A stretch of DNA of 64,000 nt from NCBI GenBank assembly GCA_012295275.1, contig CM022666.1, forward strand, positions 12,524,001-12,588,000. Reading direction: 5' to 3'. Of the stretch, positions 28,713 through 41,327 are shown piece after piece (position 1 is the stretch's first letter; each line of letters opens with the position of its first letter). The position numbers and the translations under genes were made by a program. Below the pieces are notes generated by a model. That model searched no databases, was not told where the DNA came from, and saw nothing but the letters and a program-made list of their open reading frames with translations. Source of the DNA: Chrysomallon squamiferum (Eukaryota > Animalia > Mollusca).

Positions 28713-31700
28713 TGGCAGTATTTAATATTATGTTTTAAACATTTCAGAGAACCATGAAATGACAAATGGTTGCATCTCCAGGTTTTAAATAAAGAAGTAA
28801 ATGATTTCAGAAATAGAACACATTTTAAAAAGTAAAGTATGGAGTACCTGTAAAATATATTTATTCATGTTAAATTAGATGAGAATAATATATATGTATG
28901 GTCCATAATTTCAGACATCTTTCATGAGCAATACCTGTTACATTATTGACTATCTTATTCATGAGTAAATGTTTTCAAATATGACTTTCATATATACAGC
29001 TTCTTCATACTGTATTGGTATTTTAATCATGTAACAAAATTTGAAGAACCTGCAACATGTTACTAATTTTTTAAAATAGATATATTTTTTTAAATCAGTG
29101 CTGCTAGACTTTATTAGTTTTTACAAATAAGTTTGCCTCAATATCCAGTACCTATTTGTATCAGGAAGTGGCAGTAGGTTGAAAGGAATAAATTCTTTAA
29201 TTTAAAAGATTAACATTTTTTTATAATTTTTATGTAACTAACAAAAAAGTCAAAATGTACCTTTTATTTCTTTTTCATAGCAAGAATAAATTTTAATCAC
29301 TTGAAATGGCTCCAGTTTTTCTTGCACTCCAGGATCATCAGAATTTATATTTTCATAATACACGAGGGTTTTTTTATTTAAAAAAATATAAAATTCTGAA
29401 GCATCAGTCAAAGAATACTGTTGTATAGCTGTAATCATTACCTGTTTGAAGCAAGCTGCTTTAAACTTCAGTTCTGCAAAACCAAGAATCTTTATCAGAT
29501 GACCAAACTGGTTTTCAAATCAAAAGCATTTACTTTTTTTATTACAATTAATATTAATCAGCATACTGAGATCTTGTAGTTCTCAAATACCTGATATTTA
29601 CTGTATCTTGAATTAAATAAGTTACGCTGGCCATCCGCAGTAAACAATCTTCATGAAGAAATGTTAAAGGATTTCTTTTTAAACGATTTTATACCTCTAT
29701 AAAATATGGACAAAAGAAAAACTTCAACAAAACTGGATTTTTTTAAAACTAATTTTATTACACAACAAAATGTGTACACTTACATAAAAAGTACATTTTT
29801 GTATTTGCCTCCTTAAGAAAACCAGAAATAAAACACTTAAAAAAATCTAAGGAATGTTAAAGATAAAAAAAAAAAAAAAAAAATCACTCTACTCTAAAAT
29901 AAATTAGATTTGATAGTTCTCTTTTACTTAAATGCCGTATTAAAAAACTAACAAACCCAAGATACTTAATAAAATTTTGATTATCTGGAGAATAACTGTG
30001 ACCAAATGAAAAGTAATATAACCTCCATAATTTCGGAATCACCTGAACAATGTCATAAATAATTTTAAAAAAAACCAAATTCTTTCAAAACAACTTTGTT
30101 CCTTACAATTCAATCAGTAACGGGTTTCTTAGTTTCAGGTGCAAGGTAGAAATTTCATTGTGAACATGTTTGTATGTTGGCTACCATCCTTTGAAATAAT
30201 GTCGCAGTAACAAGACATCTATTTATATTAATTAATGCAAGTAAATTTACAAAATTTTGATTTCATAAAATTACAAATTTCAGAATTGTTCGCGGAATAA
30301 ATGTGCCATTTTTCAAAAAATAAAACAAAATGAATAAAGGATGAGATTTTAAACAGTCAGTGTTTTTGTTTGTTTCATAACTGTACAGTTAATAATAAAA
30401 TATCAGATATTTGGCATGTATTTAACTTGTCAGAAATTAAGGACACCAAATACAGGATAATAGGACAGATATTTAAAAAAAAAAAATTATGTTAATATGT
30501 GTGATTATTCTGGTCCAGGCTGTATTATGTACTTCAGTGTGCCAATGAACCTAAACCCTTGTTTGAAAAAGATAAGTAATGTAATGTTATGATGTCTGAA
30601 TAAAATTTCTTAAAATAAATAAATCTATAACAACTTCAATGAATTTGTTTTAAAAAAGCAAATCCCTGTTCTTCCTGACTAAATAAACATCTTAACAACA
30701 TTTCAAAACTGATTAACAATAAAATATTAATGAATTTTTTTTTTTTTAACGAGGACCACAAAAAGGACCCCCCCCCAAAATTAAATTATTCAGAATCACA
30801 TCTCATTACTAGGAAGAAGCCATGTTTATATCTTTATTTGTAAGTAACAAGCCCAACATCTAAAAAATAAGCTATTTTTATAATTATTATTATTACTCAT
30901 GTTTTAAATATTTAAATAATCAGTGGCTAAGTGAAATGTTGATGTAAGCTTGGCACAAATGAATTAACCTTTATAGAGTCACTTAAAAAATTACAAAATC
31001 TGCATGTGGGCCATCTAATTCTGATCATAGTTTAAATTTGTTATCTAAAATTCACAAAGTAATCTAAAAACTGGTGAAGCCTATACATAAAAGCACTTTT
31101 AATAAACAGGTAATATTTCATAAGTATTGAGAAAGAAAACAAAATAAACATTAAGAAATATTTACAATTACAAATGCAGTTTGGACTGCAAAAATATAGA
31201 ATGAAAAGCTACACACATACATGAAATTATGTTTACAAAATTCGAAGCAGTCTGAACTGCTGAATAAAACAAAAAAAAAAGAAAAGAAAAAAGAACATTT
31301 TTTACATACAGCTTAATCATCAACTGTTTTCTGCTTAAAAGCAAATATACTGCACTAATAATATTTCTAGTGCATTCCAACAGTAACAAATTCACTACCA
31401 AAAAGCCTTTTTTTCTTCTTTTTTTTTTGAAATTATTTTTCTTCTATTTTAATAAAATCTTAAAAACATTGATAATCTTTTATTTTTCACAGGACATTTA
31501 TTCAATTTCAATTAATAAAATATATTTATAGCCCTCTAATACTAAGTTCAAATGAGTTATTATAATGTGCTTTATTATTGTTATTTTTTTAAACTGAAAT
31601 ATTTAAGTATAGATACAATGTTTAGTTATTTCCTTAACAGAGTACAAACATTTAATAAAATGCATTATTCTGTCATATGTTACATCTTTTTTCCTCTTTT

Positions 31701-32255
31701 TTTTTGATGCGCAATTTACAGAAGGGAAACAAATTTAATGATTTTTTAGAAATGTTTATATTGATTAAAATGCTCTACTTCTGTACAGTTTAAGCTTTAA
31801 CAGTATCTGTAATACATCAATTTATTAAATAATAAAACTTGAATAATATATCTGCAAACAGTGAAACTGCATCATATAAGTATATTCTTAAACAAAATGT
31901 TAAAATATATGCACTATGTAGTTGTCCTTTATAAAACAAAACAAATTAACCATTCAAAATTAGTAATTGTGTGTGGTTGCAGCATACAGTTAAGAATTAA
32001 TATAAAGCATGTGTATGAATTCTTCTGGATTTATATATAAATATATACATAGTTTTTTAGTTTCAATACAGTGCACATCACAAGCAATCACAACAAGTAA
32101 CAAAAGTAAAATAAAAAGATTTTACAAAGTGCAAATTAGAAACAGTTATTAACTGAACAAGATGGCTTTACATCATCAGTCTATGCATCAATTTGTTTTT
32201 TTTTCTTTGTTGCACGTGCAGATTAAAATAGTAAAATTGCTTTCCACCTCTGTTT

Positions 32256-35200
32256 TCACACTTGCTGTAAAATAGTCATCTTCAGCAAGAAGCCCTTTCC
32301 AGTGGAGAAACCGAAATGTGATTCCTTCACATGTTTCTCTATTTTCTCCTTCATCATCTTCTTTTCAGCACTTCGCTTGTACACTTTGAAGGAAAAAACA
32401 GATGAATGAATGGATGAATTAATTTTTTTTCAAATTACTAAATATAACTGATAAGATAAATGAATAAAAAAATAAACAAAATGGAATTACCAACAAAAAT
32501 CTATTTAAAACTAATTGCAAAATAATCATTTCACTTAACTGTAACAACATGTCCTTTTTAAATATCAAGAATAATAAGAATAAATGTTCTCATTTTAATT
32601 TTAAAAATAAAATTAAAATGAATTATTTAATATTAAAAGTATAAAATTTGATTTAATACAACTGAATTACCTAACTTGTATTTTTAACAGAAACGTTTGT
32701 TATGAAAAAACAAATGTCAAATATCCCATTTTCATTTTAAATAAACTTGCTGTAATTATTTGCTAGTAACTTGTATTTTTTTATTAACTCAATGTCTGTT
32801 ACCTTTATAAACGAGCAAGCCACTTACCTCCCTTGACAAACTTCTCCAACCTGTAAGTTTCATACCAGTAGCACTCTCTCATGATGAATGGTCCAAGTGA
32901 TTGCAAATCTCCCACAGCAGGCAATACGACCTGATACATTTCCCTCAGAACATTCACCTTCGGCAAGTATTCTCCATGCTGCAATTACAGAATAAAACAT
33001 TTTTTAAATGATTACTGCTGTCTTGATTCTCATCCCCATCAAATCTGAACATCTAGCAAAAAATATTTTTTCTGCACTGCAATATTCATTCCACATTTAA
33101 TTCAAGTATTAATACTAAATTTGCACTCTGCTTTTGTTTTCACTTTTGTGTCACAATGTCTACCTAGAAAAAAAAAACAATACAAAGATATTCCATTCTG
33201 ACACAAATTTGAGAGAAATATGAAATCTATTCAGATCTTGTCAAGTTCCCTGTTATAAACATTTCTCTTATATAATGTGATATATAAAAAGAGACCAACA
33301 TTAAACACTGTGACATGATGAATGCATTTATGTTCAAAATAAGACGGCTCCAAATTTAATGTTGTTTGGTAGTGAAAAATAATTTCAAATTAAATCATCT
33401 ATAAAAGCAGTGAGTTTAACCTGAAACTTTGAGATGAGATCAATCATGTCTTTAGGTGGGGCAATCAAGGAACGATTGAGTTTCATTACATAGCAGGTTT
33501 CATGCAGATGGTCCACTATGGCTGTATAGTTCTGAAAAAAAGTCAAACAATTTTAAAAGTTGAAATTACAAATTACATTAATAACATTTTTAAAATTTAA
33601 ACAGAAACAAAATCGTCTTTATTATCAGCACATTAATAAAAGAATTATAACATTTTAAAAAGAATATAAGGAGTTACAGATTTTAATTAATGTAAAATTA
33701 TGTATGTGTTTTAGTTCAACATTAATGTCCTCTAGCATCAAATAAATAATCATGAAAGAATATATAAAAGTTATTATTTAGATACAGACAGTCAAAATGC
33801 ACTACAAAAACAAATATGAATAAATTAGGCATAATTTTAACTTAGGAATATGTATTTGATTCTACAAAACCAAATATAGACAGATATGATGTCAAAAATT
33901 ACATATGAAGCATGTTCTTAGAGAAAACTTCTTTTTTTGTGTGGTATCTGGTATTATGTTATTAATATAAAAGTAAAACTCCAAAAGTTACTCCTGTGTA
34001 CAGCTAAATGTTACTGAAATCAGATTTTATCTACATCTATCAAAGTACCAGTGAAACTTTCTTTTTTTAATCTTTGAGATCAAACCTCTCTGGTTTTCTA
34101 CATTTCTTATTACATAAACATACAAAAACAACTATTTTTATTCTAAATTATGGCAAGGAGGAAATGAATCAAGTTTGAGGATTCTGGTAAAAAAATAAAA
34201 ATAACATTTTGTTGACTACCTTAATGAAGTCATGCCAAACCACAGTCTCCTCACATTCATCAAACTTTGGAATTGTCAGTCTTTCATATTTCTGGATCTC
34301 AGACACCTCTATGTCTTCTTCAAAGAAGTCCAGTTTGTCATTCTGGTAGTCGTATTCCATTCCATTGTGGTTTTCGCCGAGGTGGAAGTTGGCTTGGCTA
34401 TGGTAGACTTCATCAAAATAGGTAACACCGCATTTTGCAATGATGTTCTGAGAAAAAAGAAAAGTAAATGTAAAATTTTCAAAAAGTAAATTATCAACAA
34501 ACTGAACACTTTTTAATAAAAATTTGTATTCCTTTCGTTATTTTAAAAATTTTTTAGTTATACTGTTATTTTAATTTCTATTGCATTTAAGCATCAGTTA
34601 CAAAAAATGAATGAACATTTGTTCTTATAATAAATGTAAGATAAAAATAATTATGCATCTTTTAGCCAATTTGAATTAGTAGAGGGGAAAAAATATACAA
34701 ATATCTTTTTTTTGAATGAATCAGTTTTTTTCTTCTAAATTAATGAATAAACACTATGAACTTTTTAGAAAATGTAACGCTAAATCAGACAAGGCCTTGC
34801 AATAATAATTAAAAACAAAATTAAATGTAGTATTTCAGTTTTTACCCTGTGGGACAAATGCTTGTACAAGAAAACTGCTCCAATTATGCCTGCACCAAGA
34901 ACAACCAGTGCTGTTATGATGAGACACAGATTGACATAGGTTCGAGTCCTGTGCTGTCCATATGTCACCCGAACTAGTTTGGGTGTGGCTGCTTCCAACT
35001 CTAGTTCATCCTTTTCACCAGTCTGAAATGAAATTTAAAAAATATCTTTAAAGTCAGAAAATGATTTTATTTTGTCATTTATTTAAAATCCAATAATCTT
35101 TCAAAACAAAACCATGAATCATGAAAAAACATATTTCTTTTAGTACTGTTTGATTAACATCTCTCTAAATATATTTTCATACATAATGTATATTTGCATC

Positions 35201-36607
35201 AGGCATTGGTCTACCTACATTATCATAGTTAAATAAAAAACATCATAATAAGAAAAAAATCATTAAAAAATAAAAAAATATATATACAAACACACATATA
35301 TTTTTTAAAATATTTAGCAAGTCTAGTACTTGTTATTATCTCATGTTGCAGAGTGTTTTGGTTTATTATGATTTACAAGTTTCAGATTTCAATCTCACAA
35401 CATTCTATCAACAGAAAAAGCAAATATTTTTTTGTAGCAACAATATTGAGAGTTGACTTTTTAAAATTCAGTTTTTAAACAAACAAAAAAGGTCTTTGAT
35501 CAGTAAATATGAATGGGTAAATTATATAACCAACAGACACTTGTCCATTCTTCATGGATGTAGCTACTTTAAACAGGAAATTGCCCAAATGATTATTTTT
35601 CAACGCATGAGATTTTTGAGTATGTGGAAGTGTTATGACATTCACAATGACTGTTACATTTCCAATTAGTCCTTTAACATCAATTAAACTATATTATTCC
35701 ATGCAATTAATGCCATCATTAAAATCCGATTTATCAGTTTACTTCATTAATCTTTTTAAAGGGTTAATCTGTTATAGAGAGTTTGAATATTTTCAGCATT
35801 TTTCTTCTTAAAGCTAATCCTCTGTATAATGATGATGATCCCATTGACATGTTTATATAAACAACCAAACTGTACTGCTGATCAGTGTAGATACTCTTAA
35901 TTTAGTCAAAATAATTACATGTCCTCATGTAATACAGATTGTGCAGTTTTGCTGAAAGATCTTTGAACTTGACACAAATAACCCAAGTTACCTATCCACT
36001 TACAAAAGAGGAATATATGTAAATGCAAATAGCTGCATCAAGGTATGCTGCTAACTCCATTTCTAGGCACTCTAAATATTTTTCATTATAATTGACTCGT
36101 CAATGACAGTGTGAGTGTCACAAAACAAGCATCATCTGTGAATATTAACTAAGAAATAAAATTTACTTTTGCACTCTGAAACAGCAAAAATCTTTTCTTA
36201 GAGCATTTGGCAAATTTAATAAACAAAAGTCTGTCTGCATTTCAGTTTTTAGTATTTAGTTAGTTGTCACATAATTAAATAATAAATTACTACGATTAAG
36301 CAATTTTAAAAATTAATAATCCCTACAAAAATAAATATGTGATATCATAACAGTAACATGAAAATGGAAACAATATCCGAAGTGTGAAAATTAAACTGTT
36401 TTTCATTTGAGTAATATCTATTTTTACAGTAACTGTAAACTGGGTCGAATTATTCGCCATTTTATTTCTCTTTTTATCAAATCAACAATTTCGCAAATGT
36501 ATATTTTCGTGAAAGCATGAAAATAACAACATTACCAATGGTTCCTTTAGTACTTCGGCATCTTTTTCGGCCTTCTTCTCCGTTCCTGCTAACTTGTAGA
36601 TTGTCAT
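32256..36607 (-). CDS. ITM2B: Integral membrane protein 2 (BRI/ITM2 family, type II TM + BRICHOS), 288 aa
   Basis: Exons 36607-36536, 35022-34846 (TM helix), 34447-34220, 33531-33421, 32978-32828 and 32383-32256, all GT-AG and in frame. BRICHOS motifs VWHDFIKNYTAIVD..CYVMKLN..PPKD and LGPFIMRECYWYETYRL, then a YKR cleavage-like site. Assignment to ITM2A, B or C cannot be resolved. Confidence 0.92.
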
Positions 36608-36639
36608 TTTAGACAAGAAGATTAAAAAAGGACGTTTGT

Positions 36640-36770
36640 CGCCGCTAAATGTACTTTCGTCTGAACCAGCCAAAACAGGATGTGATTAAAAATACACCGG
36701 TGTCAGGAATATTTTAGTCTCGAAAGATATGAAACCGGAAATGATTACGTCAACTAGTTGTTTCTTTTTC
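36640..36770 (-). promoter_or_regulatory. ITM2 promoter region
   Basis: CpG-rich region upstream of the ATG, with ETS-like CCGGAAAT and bZIP-like TTACGTCA adjacent at about 36735-36752. Confidence 0.45.
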
Positions 36771-37023
36771 TCCAATAGAATAAAAAATGCGAAATTTGTG
36801 TTTTGAATAATAATAAGAAGAAGAAGAAGTAGAATAAATAAAAAAAGAGTAATATTTAGGAAACTTTGCAATGATTTATCCACTGATGATAAAGGTTATA
36901 ATTAAAAAATATGAAAAAAAAAAAAATAATTAAAAAAAAAAAATACGTTTATCACTGTCTTAGTTGTATATGCAGTCTAACCCCAGGCACTTAGATAGGG
37001 TTAAGAGATGCGATAGGGCGAAT

Positions 37024-37102
<79 letters not shown>

Positions 37103-37458
37103 TATATATTTATTTATTGTTGTTGTTAAATATTAAACTCCTTACCGTTCTTCGATTGTGTGATTATCACTTTCTTGGTAGTTTATATCTTGTAAACAAA
37201 TGTAAAGGTACTCTTTTATGTATTAATAATTATATATAACTGTCGTTTATCTTATCACATGAGCTTTTTTTCTGGTCTATATTAACCATTTATCTATACC
37301 GTCATAACACAGCATGCGCATATTATCATATCATTTTGTTGTCACAAGTAGCATTTTGTTATGCACTGATATTAATCCGTGACAGCTCTATATCCGTGAC
37401 AGAACTCCTGTTGCATAAAATCCTTTAATTTTTGATTGGGATGGCTACTATAACACAA

Positions 37459-37873
37459 TGGCCAGACAGTAATTAACATAATCATGAAACTGACAAGATG
37501 GTAATAAATACATAGATAGTTATAAACGACCTTCATATGATCATTTATTTGTTTAATTTTTATATTAGTGTTTATATGATTTACGTAGAAAACGGGAAAT
37601 AATCATTTGATGATAAATATAAATTAACTATTTTACGAAAAATAATAAAAATAATCTAATTAGCAGTTATATATATATAACTGCTAATTTAATCAAGTTA
37701 AATATATTTTTTAAATAGTTAATTTATATCTAACATCAAATTATTGTTTTCCATTTTATAGGTAAAGCAAGTAAACACTAATATTAAAATTAAACAAATA
37801 AATGATCATATAAAAGTCGTTTATTTATTACCATTTCTTTAGTTTCACGATTATGTTAATTACTGCCTGGCCA
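37459..37873. repeat. ~415-bp imperfect palindrome (foldback/MITE-like)
   Basis: Arms tggccagacagtaattaacataatc... and ...gattatgttaattactgcctggcca pair inwards to a perfect 32-bp central palindrome at 37658-37689. Confidence 0.9.
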
Positions 37874-38194
37874 ATGTAATTACAAAGTGGAAAGAGTGTT
37901 AACTGAGAATTAATTTAAATGAAAATTCATATGGATTATAAATAACCCTGCAAAAAGGTTAAAATGAAAATAAATAAATAAATAACAATTATTTTCCACT
38001 ATTTTATTGTCATTGACTTTATTGTTTCCTTTTATCTCGAATAAAGACATATCAGGGTTGTAAGATCATATCAGTTTACGAACACATCATACACCTCTAT
38101 ATACAAACACAAACAAACATTTACATGTATATACACATCCACAAAAACATGTATATGTTACGGGAAATATATGTAATCGCTGAACAAAAACTAA

Positions 38195-38520
38195 TGTCGC
38201 CAAAATTGGTGATCATCTATAAATTCACAAAGGAATCCACGGGGACAAGGGGCCGTAAAAAGACGAAGCTATGACATTAAGGACATGCTTGTTTGTTGGT
38301 TAGTAGATAATAATACAGCTGTATGGACAACTGGACTCAAATTTGTTCTCTTTCAGAAGAATTCCAGTCTTCACAGTGGAATCAAGTGTTCACTAATTAC
38401 GGCACTGTTGGTTTCTGGTGTCTCCACTGGTCTGTCATCATATAACCTCCATCCTGAATGTATGTATCGATTGGAGCCAGAGGATGATCTATTTGCAGCC
38501 ACTGCATTGCCAGTTTCCTG
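38195..38520 (+). mobile_element. Degraded DDE integrase fragment of KRBA2/SCAND3 (Ginger-like) type
   Basis: PRGQGAVKRRSYDIKDMLVCWLVDNNTAVWTTGLKFVLFQKNSSLHSGIKCS matches the pattern PQSQGSVERAN.DIK.ML..W..DN....W..GL.FVQF.KN...HSGIK.SP. The catalytic E is lost. Confidence 0.75.
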
Positions 38521-39045
38521 AGTGAATCAGACGGTACATATATTTTCAGAAACTGTCAGGAATTATACATATTTCCTGTAACATACACACACACACACAC
38601 ACGCACACGCACACGCACATGCGTAATATATAATCATACAAAAGAAAGAAGACGAATCCTGGGTCGTTGTTTCAGTTATTCTCAGAGAACCCTATGGAGC
38701 TAATTTTCTTTTCAGCTAGTTGTCATGACACATTTATCATATAACAAAAACCTTTCTACTGGAATGTAAGTAAGGATACCCTTGCTGCTAACATATTTGC
38801 AATCAATAAAATCAAAAGGAATCAAACATTAATTTATTTACGATCAAAACATTTCTCAATAATTTTATAAAAGCACGCGAGAGCGCGCGCGCGCGCACAC
38901 ACACGCACACACACACACACACACACACAATCATGCCTTGTAAAGTTTGATCATACTCTAGCGTACTTGTGACTAACAATCATTTTCAAGGATTTTTAGA
39001 ATCATCAATTTCTTCGTCTTGTTTTTCTTCTGGTTATATTTAATT

Positions 39046-39983
39046 CTAAATTGTTCTAGTCAGCATGTAGGGTTTCTTTTGTTCTCCAGGAACAAAAACA
39101 TAGGATTTTCTTGCAGTCTGTTGAAGTATTTTTCCAACCTGTCCTCTATGACATCGAGCTATTTTTGCTGCCTCTGATGACCTCACTCTAGGAACTGGTC
39201 GAGGAGTTTGTGGCAGTTTCTCTATATCGTGCATCAGTCGTGACATGCGCTTTCCTCGGTCTAGACTTGCATATTCTTCCGCTTCCGGTTTCACCCGTGA
39301 TGCGGGCCTTGACGTCTGTGGACATTTTCCATAACTGTGAATTAACACGTTCATACGTTTGCCCTTGCTAACATCAGCAATGTCAGTCGCTTCTGGTTTT
39401 ATTCTTGGAGCGGGGCGAGGAGTTGATTGATTATTTTGGTAATTGTGTACGATATTGTACATGCGTTTACCTTTACTCAAAGATGCAATACCCTCAGCTT
39501 CAGGTTTTATTCGTGGCACGGTCTGGTCAGGCTCTTTAACTATTCCATATTTATGGATTAAGTTTCGCATTCTCTCGCCTTGGTGGACCTCTGCTGTTTC
39601 CGCAGCTTCTGGTTTGATTCCCTTGGCGTTGGTCTTTCCCAGGCATATTCATTTACTATGACCTTCATACGCTTGCCCCTTGCCAAATCAGCATTTTTTT
39701 CGCCTTCAGCTTTCACACGGCAAGGAGCAGACGATACTCGTGGAACGGCTGTGCCGTTTAGGAGCTCAGAAATATTCCCAAACCATCCTAACTGATAATT
39801 TTCCTTGGCATCAGCTGAAGGGCATCTTATGTTGGGACGTGGCTGCGAATAGGCGTGGACTGGCTGACCAAAAGCCCAGCTTTTTATAACTCCTTGGCCC
39901 CTCACATAATACGGTTCTCCTTCTGGTTTCACTCTGGGGGCCAGAGTAAATGAACTGGCGTTTTGACTTTCTAACCAGGTCAT
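39046..39983 (-). pseudogene. Uncharacterised basic 36-aa tandem-repeat protein, frameshifted at ~39620 in this sequence
   Basis: About 8 repeats of R[IV]KPEA..xA...[KR]GKRM...Y......PRP.P span two ORFs. ATG at 39983 follows acceptor cacag|40002, with an upstream donor at about 40565. Repeat spacing is 108 nt except 98 nt across the frameshift. Confidence 0.8.
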
Positions 39984-40032
39984 TTTCAAATCTACATCAA
40001 ACCTGTGGGGGAAAAAAATAAATAAAATAAAA

Positions 40033-40075
<43 letters not shown>

Positions 40076-41141
40076 AAACCACTGAAACTACTGAAATCAA
40101 ACGCTTGCTACAGGAAACATATGTATACCCCAAAATAACAATAACAAATCACCAAACACTGGTATATCTGAATGTTAACTGTTTGTATAGCTGACCACAA
40201 TAACCCGTTTAAAAAGTACTGAAAGCGGTCAAGTTGTACGTCCTCTGTAGACATGAAGAAGACCATACTTTTGCAAATAAAACCAGATTTGTCTTACTGA
40301 AACAAAACTAATAAAGTAGTTCACGTGTTTAAGTGGAAAGTCTTTTCCTAACATTCTATAAGATAGCAGGCCGTCGTAAAATAAATATTACTTTATAAGA
40401 TAACTAAACAAGTTAAAAAATAAAATACTTATTTATTAATTATAATTCTGAACACTTAATATACATCAGTACAGTAATATTCTATTAACAACAAACATCT
40501 CCCCGTTTCAAATATATTAGTTTTTAAAGTTTGTTAAAAAGTTAACTTACGAACACAGTCCTTACCTTTGCTTTACATCATTGTATTTGATCTGCTTGCT
40601 TGGTCAAAGAAACGAAAATTATGTCACTAAAGTACAAAACCGTATTACGTCTTCTTCTGTTGCGTAAAACCTTCTTACTTAAACTGGTCGTAGATGTAGA
40701 CTGTGTCGTATTTAATCAGTCCATTATTGATCGCACTGGATAATGCTGAGATACCGTAAACTAGCAGTTAATGTTATTGTACAATGAAATTCTTCCTTTT
40801 CAAACATCGACACAACGGCGATTATTTAGTTCTGCTTTCAAAATGAAAATCTCAGTTCCTTGTCATGAAAATGTTGTAATTTATTTTCATCGAGCCCGAC
40901 CTAACCCCTGTCTGCAGAAATTGATCTTTCTTAGATTTGCGATTTAACACTTTTGGGAGTTTGCCAAACTATTGCTAGCCAAATGCGTCATTTGGTCATT
41001 CGATGAAATGCTGATACGAGTAGTCTGATCGTTTTGTTAAGTTGACATACATTATATATATCAGTTGCTTTTTGTTTGTTTTGTTTTTGTTCTTTAGGTT
41101 AAACTGTTCAGATCTAGAGGTGACCCAATAGTGGGAAAAGG

Positions 41142-41327
41142 CAGTGGCGTAGCTAAGGTGTTGCAAGTTCGGAGATATTCTCCGTAAATGCCGTTGGAAA
41201 AACGGCCCTTCTCGTACATTTTCTATCGTGTTAAAAAACATGTTTACCTTTTTTTTTTTCATTCACATTTTCAGATATGAAATTTAAACAACAAAATTCG
41301 GTGGTTTAGTTCCCAATTTCGCCACTG
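41142..41327. mobile_element. Short hAT-like MITE
   Basis: Terminal inverted repeats CAGTGGCG...CGCCACTG bound 186 bp. No clear 8-bp target-site duplication. Confidence 0.45.
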
